The position numbers and the translations under genes are program-made. From the NCBI GenBank assembly GCA_009602725.1, contig WELB01000008.1, positions 1,440,739 to 1,478,948 of the forward strand: a DNA stretch of 38,210 bases, written 5' to 3'. A model generated the notes under the pieces. That model searched no databases and was not told the origin of the DNA. It saw only the letters and a program-made list of their open reading frames with translations. The DNA comes from Spirogloea muscicola (Eukaryota). Positions 22,564-33,659 of this stretch are shown here, in pieces. The first letter of the stretch is position 1. Each line of letters begins with the position of its first letter.

Positions 22564-24090
22564 AGCGACTCAGGCCCCTTTGTAGCTGCTCACCGCTCTT
22601 AGGCCCCTCTGAACCTTTGTGCATTCTTTTTGGGCTGGCTTTCGCAGCCCTTGCCCCCATTGTCTGCAACGAGCTCAGGCGTATGCTCTGCATCAGAAAG
22701 CTGGTCGAGCCTTAGCTGCTGGCACAAGAGCTAGTCAATTGCCGTCCGGTATTCGAGCGTCAGCTAGCGACCTCTATGTGCTGACTCGTGGTTACTGAGC
22801 GGGTCAGCTTAGCAGCAGGTGACGTACATTTGTCCAATGTGCTTGCCTTTGTACTTGGCCACACATGGCCTCCCCATCTCTTAATATACACGCATTTTCA
22901 TTGGGAGTGCCACTTCTTCCACACGCGAGCGGGCCGTGCTATGGCCGCCGCCTCTGGGTCTCGTCGGAGTGCCTCTTTCCCTGCAGCGAGTTACTCAGAC
23001 CTGATGTTGCTCACGCGCGAGTACTGAGCTTCCCTCTGCATCGTCTTGTGTTTTGTAGTGTAGTCCTTCTCCGGCTCCACTTTCTTCACCCCACAAGCCG
23101 GTGGGCCACGTCTTCTCCTGGACGTGGTCACTACCGACGCAGTCGCCCGCTCCCACCCAGCCCAGTATGCCACCAAGGCTGGGTATGCGGTCGCCTGCGC
23201 CGCTCGGGCAAAAGAGAGAAGGCGCGCGGGGCGCATGAATTGAAAGGGAGGCCAATCCAAGCCAATACATTGTTCAGGCAGAGCAAAAGAGCAGAAGCAT
23301 GCTGACCACCCGCCGGAAGACGTGTTCTTCCCGCTGGCTATCGACACCCATGGGGCGTTGGGTGCTCGGTGGCTCGAGCTGCTCAACCAGCTCGCCCGCC
23401 ACGCCATCGCCCGCCGCTTCCATGGGGAGCCGGTGGACTTCCCTGCAGCCGGGTCGCTCGCGCAGGTGTACCGAATGCGCGTGGCCATCTCGCTGCAGAG
23501 GTCAATGGCCCGCGTGCTGCACCTGCGTGCCAGCCGCGCCCTCGCTGCTGCCTCTGGCTCTGGCCAGGGGACCAACTTCCAGCAGCCTAGCATCTCGGAC
23601 CTGCGACTGCTTGGGCAGGGGTTACTGAGTGATTCGTAGCTGCTTTGTTGCTTCTTGTGCTTCTTTTTCTTAGCGCTTCCCCTGGCCCCCTTCACGTACT
23701 TTGTTCATTCTTTTTTGGGCTGGCTTTTCCAGCCCCAATCCTCAATGGGCGAGCACTTTCTTCTTTCTTTGGTTTTGGACATTGTCCATCCTTTATGGGC
23801 TGGCTTTGCCAGCCCTTCTTCTCTATCGGCGAGCACGTTCTTTGCACAGCCTTGTGAAGGCTCTTCTTTCATGGTGGACCGCGGCTACTTGCGGACGTGG
23901 TGACAACTGACGCGTTCGACTGCGCCGACCCCACTCTCTCTGCTCCAAGGCAGGGCATGCAGTGGCCAGTGGCGCTCAAGGAAGCTGAGTATGCAGATCA
24001 TCCGCCGGAGGACGACTTCTTCCCCCTTGCCATCGACATCCTCGGGGCGTTCGGCGCTCGGTCGCTCGAGCTCCTGCATCGGGGATACTC
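22564..24090 (+). mobile_element. Head-to-tail stack of CRE-like retrotransposon 3' fragments from several subfamilies
   Basis: LQRAQAYALHQKAGRALAAG..SDLYVLTRGY* (22664-22798); HTRAGRAMAAASG..SDLMLLTREY* (to 23027); RLE fragment 23095-23630 with 3' UTR; another RLE fragment DVVTTD..YADHPPEDDFFPLAID (~23890-24085). Confidence 0.85.
23217..23282 (-). mobile_element. 66-bp retro-insertion (extreme 3' end of a CRE-like subfamily) with 9-bp target-site duplication
   Basis: It interrupts the RLE codons ARAKE|QKH. GCAAAAGAG flanks both sides (23208-23216, 23283-23291). It is near-identical to 34331-34393 and homologous to the terminus at 34421-34486. Confidence 0.8.
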
Positions 24091-24952
24091 TACGCTTTCC
24101 ACTTTCATAACATGCACCTTATCATTCACATTTCGTCCATACGCCTTTGGGACACGGCCAGGCGCCTGGGCAAGCCCGGTAGCCTGCAAGAAGTAGAAGC
24201 ACACAGACGCTGTGCGGCTGCCATTCGACGTCATCGTTGCAGCTGAATGCATGTAGAGGAGCCTCGATTTCGGAAAGGTGGGCTCTTGCTGCAACTAGGA
24301 GACGGTCGTCCTCTTAAGCCTTCATGCTGCGGACTCAGTAGGCGCACAACTTTTCTCGATAGGTCCTTCCGATGCACTTCTCAGCGGAGCAGGGCAACAT
24401 GTACTGTCAGCCAGCCAGTCTAAGCTTGAAAAGAATGCCAATGGCGAAGTGGCACCAGACATTGATTTCAGTTGGTCCTTCAGGTTCCTTATGGGCCCTC
24501 AAGCTTTCTTGCGCTGGTTGCAGACATTGCCTGTGAGGCTAAGCTACTTGCCCTGCTCACGAAACCGAGCGAGGCCAAGAGGGATGTGCCTCTCAGGCTC
24601 CTGAGCCATGCAGAACATGTGAGGTGGGGAAGCTCCTCACAGACTCGTCACGAAGGGCGCATATGCTAACTGCTAGCTTCTGCACTTGGCATTGCAAGCT
24701 TACTCTGACATGGTGCTGGAGCCAGTAGCGATGACCTGCAGATCATGATTGAAGTGAGAAAGTCAATGATCAAGAAAGGCTACGTTTGAGTACGCGAGTG
24801 GGCAATGGACATTTTGGGCGCATGACATGAATTTGATCAGGCCTGACAAGCGTTTGACCTGCACGACATCCGTCAGATGGGCAAATGATGAAGACATGAT
24901 CGAACCCTGTCAGTGAACGAGCTACTCAACTTGAGGAGCGGTCTAGTCTTTA

Positions 24953-26174
24953 CTACCTTTGGCTGCTAGTCTTCTTTAGGTCGAGCAGCATCTTCTCCAG
25001 TCCATCGTAAAGGTGATGCCGTTGGCTTTGTTGACCTTCCGTCCTTTCTATGAGTTCGATGATGGTGTCAGCTTGCTCCTTAATGCAGAAGGTGCTGAGT
25101 ACTTTACCAGTATCAGCATATAGCTTGTCAATGATCGCTTCTCCCCAGCTGCGGTAGCAGCTGACGTGGGCCAAGGTTGGCACCCAAAGGAGGAGGAAAG
25201 AGAGAGCCCCTTGCCGGCCTCGAGGGTCAGGCGCCCCATCGCAAGGTCGCAGAGTAAGCTCCGCACAATTACGTCAATGATTGGGCGTGTGTTGCAGCCG
25301 ATAATATAAGTCGTAATTGAGCGGGCCAGCCACTCCTGGGAAGCAAGCAGCTCGGCGAGCTTCTGCCGAAATCCTAGGCCGTGGACCTGTTCGAGCAGCC
25401 AGATGAATCGTGGGCAACCTCCCGCTGGGGTCCATTCTCTTTGCGAGCGTGCTGGCCTCCCTGCGTAGGACATCAGAGACGCCATCTTCCACGCCGTGGT
25501 GGAGGGCGTGGTCCGTGCCAGCGATGTTCTTGAGCATGGCCGTGAGCGTGGCCTTATGAGTCTTGACCGTTGCTTCTATGGAAATGGACATCCATGTGAT
25601 GTTGTCGAGCGCGTCATCAAGCAGCGCCGGCGTGACGCGGCGCACCACCCCATCGGCCCTTTTCAAAGATCCACCAACGCGACGGGCCAAGAGCTTCTAG
25701 CAGAGGCTGTCGTTCAGGGGAATGGAGGTGGCAAGGGCCGTGATGGCCGCCTCCTCTGCAGCAGTCCACGGAATGCGGGCCAGATACTCGACGGCGTGGT
25801 TGATGCCGTCCTGGAAGAGCAGCTCGGCACATACCAGCAGGACGCGCAGCGCGTCGTCGAAGCAATGCAGCGGCGCCGCCAGCGCAGGCTTCTCGTACAC
25901 CAGCGACCGCACGGTAGGCTTCAAGTGTGCCATCGCTGGTGCCGCCCACCGCCGTCAAAACCACAGTCGTCACGCCGCCGCTGCTGCTGGTACCGCTGCC
26001 GGCCCATGCTGCAGAGCACCGCGCAGCAAGGAAAGCGCTCTGCTGGCACACGACGGCCTTGTGGAGGTGGAGGTTGATGGCGCCGTCGCCAGAGTCGTCC
26101 AGCACCGTGAGCTGAACGTCTGCCGTGTCGCGATCGTTGAAGCGGGGCTTCGGAGTAGCAGGTTTAACCGCCAT
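24953..26174 (-). pseudogene. Intronless BTB/POZ-domain pseudogene (plant At3g50780/At1g63850-like family)
   Basis: RFNDRDTADVQLTV..LHLHKAVVCQQSAFLAARCS, then LRVLLVCAELLFQDGINHAVEYLARIPWTAAEE, FIWLLE and LLCDLAMGRL. Frameshifts near 25905, 25490 and 25190 and an in-frame TAG at 25697-25699. Confidence 0.75.
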
Positions 26175-26586
26175 GCTGGGAGCACAGCCACCGCCGCAGC
26201 CGCAGCCGGGCTGCCAATATTGGCCTCCGGGCGCGGAGGCGGAGGCCTAACGACGAGCTCACGACCGCAGCACCGCCGGTGAGCTTGGCAGCTGCCGTCT
26301 CACGTCACACCCTCGTCCCCAGGGCAGGCGGCCGCCGAGGCGCGCTCGGGAGTGCCGCTTCTGCAACGGGCGCGACTGGCAGCTCCAGGCAGTGCGGCTT
26401 CCGGATGCCGCCTGCAGGCGGCGGGCGGGGCGGAGCTCTCCAGGCATGCATGCACCCGGCTGGCTTCCACAGCCGCCCCTTGTTTGCACCAGCCGCTTGC
26501 CCTCTCGGCCAGGCGCATGCGGGAAGCTCCCCAGAAAGAAAGAAATGGCGGCTGCCGATCATACACTAATAAAAAGATAATGCGAA

Positions 26587-26828
26587 GGGGTTTGACCACG
26601 GGATGCGCGCGGCCGGGCCGCTGACCGCGCGCCGCGCCTCGCCGGGGCGCGCTCCGGGCGCGGGGCGGCCGCCTCGCTTGATGCGCGCCCGGAGGGGTTT
26701 TCTGGCGGCCGGGGTTCGACCACGGGATGGGGAGCCGCTGATTGCGCGGCTCGCCTCGCCGGGGCGCGCTCCGGGCGCGGGGCGGCCGCCTCGCCTCGGT
26801 CCGCGCCCGGGGGGGTTTTCGGCGGCGG
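26587..26828. repeat. GC-rich ~120-bp tandem duplication at the Helitron 5' end
   Basis: GGGGTT(T/C)GACCACGGGATG...CGCCTCGCCGGGGCGCGCTCCGGGCGCGGGGCGGCCGCCTCGC occurs twice (26587, 26711). Confidence 0.8.
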
Positions 26829-26956
26829 GCCGCGTCCGGGGAGGGTGAGTCACCCCGGTCCGGGGGTGGGTGGGGGGAACTTTCCGGATGCCTCTCGCGC
26901 CCCCCCCCCCCCCCCCACCCGGGGGACGCGGTTCGCCGGCCGGCTGTCGGTGTGGC

Positions 26957-27280
26957 CCTCCCGCCCGCCTCCGAGCGAGCTGCCCTCCTCGAAGCGGCTG
27001 CGGTGTTCTTCTGGGACGAGGCCGCCATGCAGAACCGTGCGGTTGTGGAGGCCGTGGATGCGATGCCGCGTGTGGTGCGTCGAGATGGAACGCGACCGTT
27101 TGGTGGAGCGCGGATGGTGCTTCTCGGGGATTTCCGACGGATTGGGCCGGTCGTACGGGGCGCTGGGAGGACTGCTACGGTGGATGCCGGCCTGAAGAGT
27201 TCGTACCTCCGGCGAATGACACACGAGATGGTGCTCTTGCAGCCTGTTCGGACTGCCGGCGATGTGGAGTGGGCGATGTT
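26957..27280 (+). pseudogene. PIF1-family (Helitron RepHel) helicase fragment
   Basis: FFWDEAAM (motif II), PFGGARMVLLGDFRRIGPVV (motif III-like), LKSSYL..LLQPVRTAGD. No Walker A; truncated at both ends. Confidence 0.8.
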
Positions 27281-27697
27281 TGGGGTTTGGGGTTTAGGGT
27301 TTTTAGGGTTTGGGGTTTTTAGCGTTCTCTCTGCGACCGAATGAGGCCTGCTGATATTAAAGAATGGGCTGTAAACAACGTCAGAACGGGTGGAGGATGG
27401 ACCACTCAGTAGCTACGAGTGAGGGGCCTCAACTTCGACAGACTGGCTGGCGGGAAATATGTAACGAAGTTACACAAGATGGAACATCTATATTAAGGGA
27501 ATGATCGCTGGAGGGGGTACTGAGGAGGCGAAGGACGGGCGCGCGATATTAGAGAAAGCGCATCTCTGAATAATGGCGCGCGACGCTGATGAAGGAGCAA
27601 TATGGAATTCAGGAGCGCGACGGCGGCAAAGCCGGAATCTAGGGTTTGGGGTTTAGGGTTTTCAGGGTTTAGGGTTTTTAGCGTTCTGTCTGCGGCC
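27279..27697. repeat. Two TTTAGGG-like tracts (27279-27321, 27640-27681), each followed by TTTTAGCGTTCT(C/G)TCTGCG
   Basis: tttggggtttggggtttagggtttttagggtttggggtttttagcg and tagggtttggggtttagggttttcagggtttagggtttttagcg. Confidence 0.8.
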
Positions 27698-28364
27698 GCG
27701 CGCTGGGAGCATCGCGCACTGGCCCACTAGTATTTTTAAAAAAATAGGCTGTGCAAAGCCAGCCAGATGCATACAGGTTTTCATGACGGAGCCACAGGCT
27801 AGGCTAAGCTCCCCAGAAAGAGGGAAGGGAGGGAGATGACAAAGCGGCTGCTGCTATCAGGAACGCTGTGGAAGCGAAAAGCGTGTATTGAGTGATGGAG
27901 TGCCTGAGTGGCCACGTGCAAAGGCAAGCACATTCTTGAAACCAAACGTTCCTTATCGTCATAGAATACCTGCTGATATGACTTAGGTGCCTCCACATAA
28001 GCTTCGGGTAATCAAATGTGGACTGTTACCATAGGAGCCATGACCCCAAAGGAAGCGAACACTCCAAATTTTTCTGTCTTTTCAACGCCCACTAAACAGG
28101 TCTTATAATTCTCAAATATAAAAACTCTACCCTCTGCGGAAGTGAGGAATAGTAAGAATTTGCAGACCCCACATCCACCATGGCCATGACTTCATTCACT
28201 CGTTCTACAGATCACTCTATTGCCCTTCCGTGCAAGCCTTGTACCGTATATTCGAATTGGATAGTTGGAAGTATTCCATTCTTCTTTCATTTCTATGAAA
28301 AGTAGCATAAAAGAAATGTATTGACTTGCAAATAAATATTACTCCGATTCCGTCCTTGGCCTGA

Positions 28365-28730
28365 GTCTCCTCCAGATGTACATGACCTGCTGCTAAGCCG
28401 ATCCGCTCAGTGACCACGGCTCAGCAAGTAGAGGTTGCTGATGGATGGCCAACCACCGGACGGCAAAGTGCAAGCGCTTCTGCTACCAGAAGAGCTCGTC
28501 CAGCTTCTTGGTGCAAAGCATGAGCCTGGTCTCGCTGCATACAGGCTGATCACAAGATGGCGCAAGAACAACAACTATGCTGCAGGCAGGCCCATTTCCC
28601 TCGGAAGCACATCCTCACGTCGTGCATATCTTAAAGTCGCAACGTTCTCGAGTTCAACATTCCAACGAGCACCTATGCATTCAAAGATGTTGACAGCCGG
28701 TAGTAGGAGGCGACCTCAGCAGGTGTAGTC
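28365..28730 (-). mobile_element. Highly decayed, divergent CRE-like 3' fragment
   Basis: Reverse complement is homologous to 22664-22832 (QAHALHQEAGRAL..SRGH*, then GCGG.TC.GCTTAGCAGCAGGT), with upstream IGARW similarity. Confidence 0.6.
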
Positions 28731-29068
28731 GAAGTAATGCTGCAAACTTCTCTGCACTACCCACTACGTGGCCAGGTTGTCATCAGGGCTCTTTTGGTGG
28801 CGCCCATCAGCGACACTTGAACCCTTGTAAGACCTTGCTCTCTTTATATCAACAGACTCTCCACACTCTCTGCGCTGGCCCTCACATTGACCAAAACACT
28901 TCCCGCGAGCTTCTCCTCATGCAGAGGACCAACCTGAATTGTGATCTCTATGGTCCTCAGCGACTGCCCTCATAAGCTGTGGCGAGGCAACTACATGTTG
29001 ACAACTTATTGCCTACCTGATTGCTCAGCAACCATGAGAACGCTCTTGTTTCATATCACAAACTAACA

Positions 29069-31819
29069 CTATGGGTCTAGGAGCAAAAAATGGGCCTGCA
29101 GCTGTGGGCCACTTACCAAGCCGTTAGCCTGCACCGACAGCAGGTGCCGGGCATATGCCGCATGGTCGAGCGCCACTTGTGCTGCATACCGGCTGGCCAC
29201 CTGGCACACAAGCTGCTGGAAACCGCCGCGGTTGGCGCGCGCCAAGGCCCCCACCTCGCGTGCGAAGCGTGTTTGGACGCCTGTGGTGGACACCCCCTCG
29301 AGAGTACTGGCGGCCTGTATGTGCGCCCCACCCAGGCCCGCCGCCCACACCTCTGCCATCTCTAGCAGCGACTCCTGGTGGCCAGCGCAAATATGTCAGG
29401 CTCGTACTGAGACATTATCCTACAGCGACGACCCTATTGCAGAATGGCTGTCCTCATAAAGAGGAGAGAGGTAAGGACTACGAGAAGCTTGCCAGCGATT
29501 GCGGCGAAAGGCCACGCAGCTTGGCGCGGACGCCGTCGTGAGCAACAGCAGGGAAGCGCTCGTACACAGGCGACAACTCGCTGACCGAGTAGTATCCTGC
29601 AGCAGCTGGGTGCACCTCCTCCTGTGCCACCGCCAAGCATCCAAGACTGCATCAGAACCTGCCGCCTCATCATACCGTACTTGCCAAAGGGCAACCCAGT
29701 GGCATCCAGAAGTCATCGCTGCCATAGCCGAGTCATGACTAGGCCCCATGCCGCAGGCGTAGCTTACGTCAAGCTCAACCCAGCCGCGAAAGGCGTCCAG
29801 AGCAGCAGAGCCGCCCAGAGTGGATGCTGCTTCTGCTTGCCGCGCTGCATCATTGAGAAACTGATGCCTGAATGTGGTGCGGTCCTCCAGCTGCATGAAG
29901 TGGTACGCGGTCGGCTTTGCCTGCAGCTTTATGTCCAAGATGTGGAGCACGCCGTACCAATTCACCTTCAAGGCCACAGCCACCAGTTCTGTCATCAGCC
30001 AGGGGCCAACAAGTGGCGCACAAATGAGCCTTGCATGATGAATGTGCAACAAGCTGTCCTTCTGAAATTCTTTTGACTTACGAGTGCAAAGTAGCGGGGC
30101 AGCCCGCATGCAGAGTGCCCCACTCCATCGTCGCGGTACCGTGCAACATCCTTCACCTCTGCATTCAATGTTTCGCCCACCCTCTTGAAGTGCTGCGTGA
30201 GCGCCGCGGCAACTGCTGCCTGCTCGTGCAGTGGGCATGGTTGCAGTTGGCCCTCTACTGCCCGCAGCTTTGGCTCCGCGGCCTCGTCATCTGTGACCCT
30301 GCAAAAAGTGGAAGGCCACCAAAAAGCAGTAATATGAAATACAGATAAGCAGGTCAAGTATACCGTGCACAATAAGCTCAGCCTCTGTGAGTGAAATGAG
30401 GGGCAGAGCATGACAGCATTTCTGCGGCATGGCACTTTGCAGTTACATACCACTTGCGAAGGAAGCGCCGACGGTGATTGTCGCGCTCCACAGTCGCGAG
30501 GAAATGCACGAGCTTGCTCCTGCGGCTTCCGGGGGAGCCAAGTGGCTCGTGCACGCTTGCGGGCTCCCCATACTTTGATGCCACCACTGTGCGGAGGTAC
30601 TTTCTTGCAAATGCTTCTACTGCTTTCTTCTGCATGCGCGCTCATCAATGCCCGTGCTTGCGTCAGTGCTCCTAGTGCCAACCACAGGCGCCCATGCTGA
30701 GCAGTGGTGAGCATGTGCGCACCTTGACGGGCTCAGTGGTGCAGGTCCCGCCGTTGGCTTCAGCAACCAGAACGATGCACACAGCGAGGCGCCACACGTC
30801 GTACTGACGACCAGCACAGAGCGTGTGCTTGTCATCTCTGGGCTTCTGTGATCTGGTCGGAATGCAGCAACACTCGTAACAGCCAAGCAGCTGCGGAGAG
30901 GATGCACTCGTTACGAGACCTCATATGGGCTGACCTGGTAGTCGCCGATGACAGCCTCGTCAAAAGCCGTGATGCCATACAGTGGGCCCTGCTCCTCCCC
31001 ACCGTATGTGCCAAAGCTTTCGGTGGTGCAATCACCACAGATCCACGTCCGTGTTGCCTCGCTCCCAAACTTACTCAGCCGGTCATCGCCGCTGCATACA
31101 GTACGTGGTCCGGCCACTCATTATAACAAGCGGGCACAAGTGAAGGCGACACGCAGAAGCCATCTTCGTCGCAACCCATAACACTGAGACGCACTGACAA
31201 CCTCTGAGAAGGCTGAAGAGGATCATTGCCGGCACTCGAGGCCGAGCCGTAGCCCACATTGTGTGCATCTCAATGCCAAGCCATCCGCAGACCTGAAGTC
31301 GGCCCAGAAGAGGTGGTTGGTGGCGAGGAAGAAGGCCAGAGGCGAGGCCGCCATGCCGGCGTACTTGGCGTGCAGCGCCGCCGGCGGCAGCGCGCTGTTC
31401 CACTCCTCGATCGCCGCGATGACGTGCATCTCCCGCTCGCGCGGCGGGGCAGCAGCAGCATCATCGTCGTCCGCGACGCCGCCGCTGGCCTCGTCGGCGA
31501 CCGAAGCATCGGCGTCGCCCAACGTCCCACTTCGGTGCGGCGGCTGCGACGGCTTGCCGCGATCAAGTTGCCCGGCCAGCGACGACTCGGCCAGGTAATC
31601 CAGCGCGACGACGGCGGGGCGGCCGCAGCGGCCGCCAGAAGAGCTGTGTCTGCGGAAGGCCCGATGTGGGTCTGGCGAGGCGCAGCTCTCTCGACGCCAC
31701 GGAGGCCGGTTCTGGCTGCCGGCCGGCGGTCGCGGCCGGCCCAAGCAGCGGCAAGACGAGGAGGCCGAGCAGGGCTGGCGGAGAGACGGGAGGAGGGCAA
31801 TGGCTGCAGCGGCCTCCAC
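29069..31819 (-). CDS. DUF2252-family (kinase-like, bacterial-type) protein with transit-peptide-like N-terminus; exons ~31819-31293, 31091-30935, 30803-30723, 30629-30451, 30298-30082, 29965-29768, 29621-~29493, 29374-~29117
   Basis: Spliced: KYAGMAASPLAFFLATNHLFWADF|SGDDRLSKFGSEATRTWICGD..FDEAVIGDYQ|YDVWRLAVCIVL..VKDVARYRDDGVGHSACGLPRYFAL|..ILDIKLQAKPTAY..GWVELD|..GYYSVSELSP..MAEVWAAGLGGAH..YAAQVALDH. The start (GTG at 31819) and the last exon boundaries are uncertain. Confidence 0.8.
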
Positions 31820-32157
31820 TCGCCGGGGCTGGCCGGAGGGAGATCGCCGGCGGGCCTGGGCGCCGGCTTGGCGCGCCTCCTCGCCGCCCGTCTCAGGTCC
31901 TGGCCCGGGCGAAGAATGCGGCTGATGGTATCAAATGAGCGGCCGTAAAAGCTAGCCAGGCTCATACAGAGGGTGTTCATGACTGCCGAAAAGCGCTGAA
32001 AGACATGACTGAAAGCCAGCCGGGAGCATACAGGCAGTCGGTGGCTGGACCTTCTGCAGCGGCTTGCGAGGCGGGCCATCGATCGTCGACAGCGACAGCA
32101 AGGTGTACTGCCCAGCTTCAAGGCCGACGGGGTCGCTTGCCAGGTGTTCCTTATGCC

Positions 32158-33450
32158 CGCTGCCGTTCCAGGTGTCGCTTCGCTCCGCCCACCAGGAGCT
32201 GCTCGCGGCGCACCCGGACCTGGCCGGCCAGGCGGTATCCTTTGCGCACCTCGCGCACACCGCCGACTTGTGCGTCCAAGCGCGCATCGCGGCAGTGGTC
32301 GACAAGGCCGCCTACACCACCGCCGTGCTCCAGCTCCCCGAGGCCGACTTGCGCCTGCGCGCGAGACTCCACTCGGCCTCTTCCCCGGGGGCTGCGGCGT
32401 GGCTCCAGGCCCTCCCCCTCTACGACGCCCTCACCCTCCCGGACGAGGTATTCCGTAGTGCCGTCCACCGGCTCCTGGGCCTACTGCCGCCATGTCTCCA
32501 GGGTGTGCGTCAATGTGAGTGTGGCGAGCGCGGGACCGAGCCTGGAGAGCTGGCTGCTCATGTTCTGCGCTGTTCCCACGGCGGAGAGCGGACAGCGGCC
32601 CACGACCGCCTCCGCGACGTAATGCATGGCATCCTGTTGGAGGCTGGTTTCTCCGTGGCAGCAGAGCACTCCGGAATCATGCCAATCCAGCACAGGGCCG
32701 ACGGTCTCCATGCCAGGCGTGTAGACCTGGTGGCCACCCGACAGGCCGGCGGGCCACGTCTTCTCCTGGACGTGGTGACTACTGATGCCTATGACCGCTC
32801 ACACCCAGCCAAATGTGCCACCACGGCTGGGTATGCGGTCGCCTGCGCTGCTCGGGCCAAAGAGCTGAAGTACGCGGATCATCCGCGGGAAGACGAGTTC
32901 TTCCCGTTGGCCATCGACACACATGGGGCGCTGGGCGCTCGGTGGCTCGAGCTGCTCACCCAGCTCGCCCGCCACACCATCGCCCGGCGCTTCCATGGGG
33001 AGCCGGTTGACTTCCCTGCAGCCGGGTCGCTGGCGCAAGTGTATCGAATGCGCCTGGCCGTCTCGCTGCAGAGGTCCATGGCCCGGGCGCTGCACCTTCG
33101 TGCCGGCAGAGCCCTCGCTGCTGCCTCTGGCTCTGGCCAGGGGACCCACTTCCAGGAGCCCAGCATCTCTGATCTGCGGCTGCTTAGCAGGGGTTACTGA
33201 GTGTCTCGTAGCAGCTTTGTTTCTGTTACTTAGCGCTTCCCCTGGCCCCCTTCTCGTACTCTGTTCATTCTTTTTCGGGCTGGTTGTTCCAGCCCCTATT
33301 CTCAATGGGCGAGCACTTTCTTCTTATGCCAGCCCCTCTTCTCAATGGGCGAGCACCTTCTTTCCTTATGCTGTTTTTGTCAACTCTCTTCGGGCTGGCT
33401 TATCACACAGCCCTTGCTCCCATTGGGAGTACCACTTCTTCTTCACTTTC
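32158..33450 (+). mobile_element. 5'-truncated CRE-like retrotransposon (intact C-terminal ORF to 33200) nested in an older copy (32035-32157 and 33451-33593)
   Basis: CECG..H..RC zinc knuckle, AHDRLRD, RRVDLV..LLLDV..AKELKY, FFPLAID (RLE), ending SRGY*. The 3' end is GGGAGTACCAC(TTC)n. Flanks translate to WLDLLQRLARRAI..QVFLM and LMRLS..HAVHSRAGRA..LTRGY*. Confidence 0.88.
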
Positions 33451-33659
33451 TTCTCATGCGGCTATCCACATGCCGTCCACTCGCGTGCCGGCCGCGCTAT
33501 CGCGCTATCGCGGCTGCTTCTGGGTCGCGTCTGAATGCATCTTTTCCTGCTTCGAGCTACTCCGACCTGATGTTGCTCACCCGTGGGTATTGAGCTTCCT
33601 GTGTTTTTCGTCGTGTTTAATTGTCTAGCTGCCTAGCTGTGTGTTTTTTTTGGATTTCG

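Larger units (their letters stand above)
26559..27730 (+). mobile_element. Non-autonomous Helitron (1172 bp)
   Basis: 5' A|TCATACACTAATAAAAAG; 3' imperfect GC hairpin GCGCG-CTGGGAGCAT-CGCGC, 9 nt before CTAG|T. It sits between A and T with no TSD and carries a PIF1 helicase remnant. Confidence 0.8.

Noticed and set aside
21036..22715. Long ORFs of 377-559 aa
   Set aside because: Artefacts of translating through the 980-N gap.
29375..29492. GC-AG intron in the DUF2252 gene
   Set aside because: An alternative phase-0 GT donor exists slightly upstream, so it cannot be called without transcripts.
29676..29679. 4-nt microexon (AAG|TACG|GTATGA) in the DUF2252 gene
   Set aside because: A phase-0 acceptor at 29621 (GCACAG|GAGGAG) restores the frame without it.
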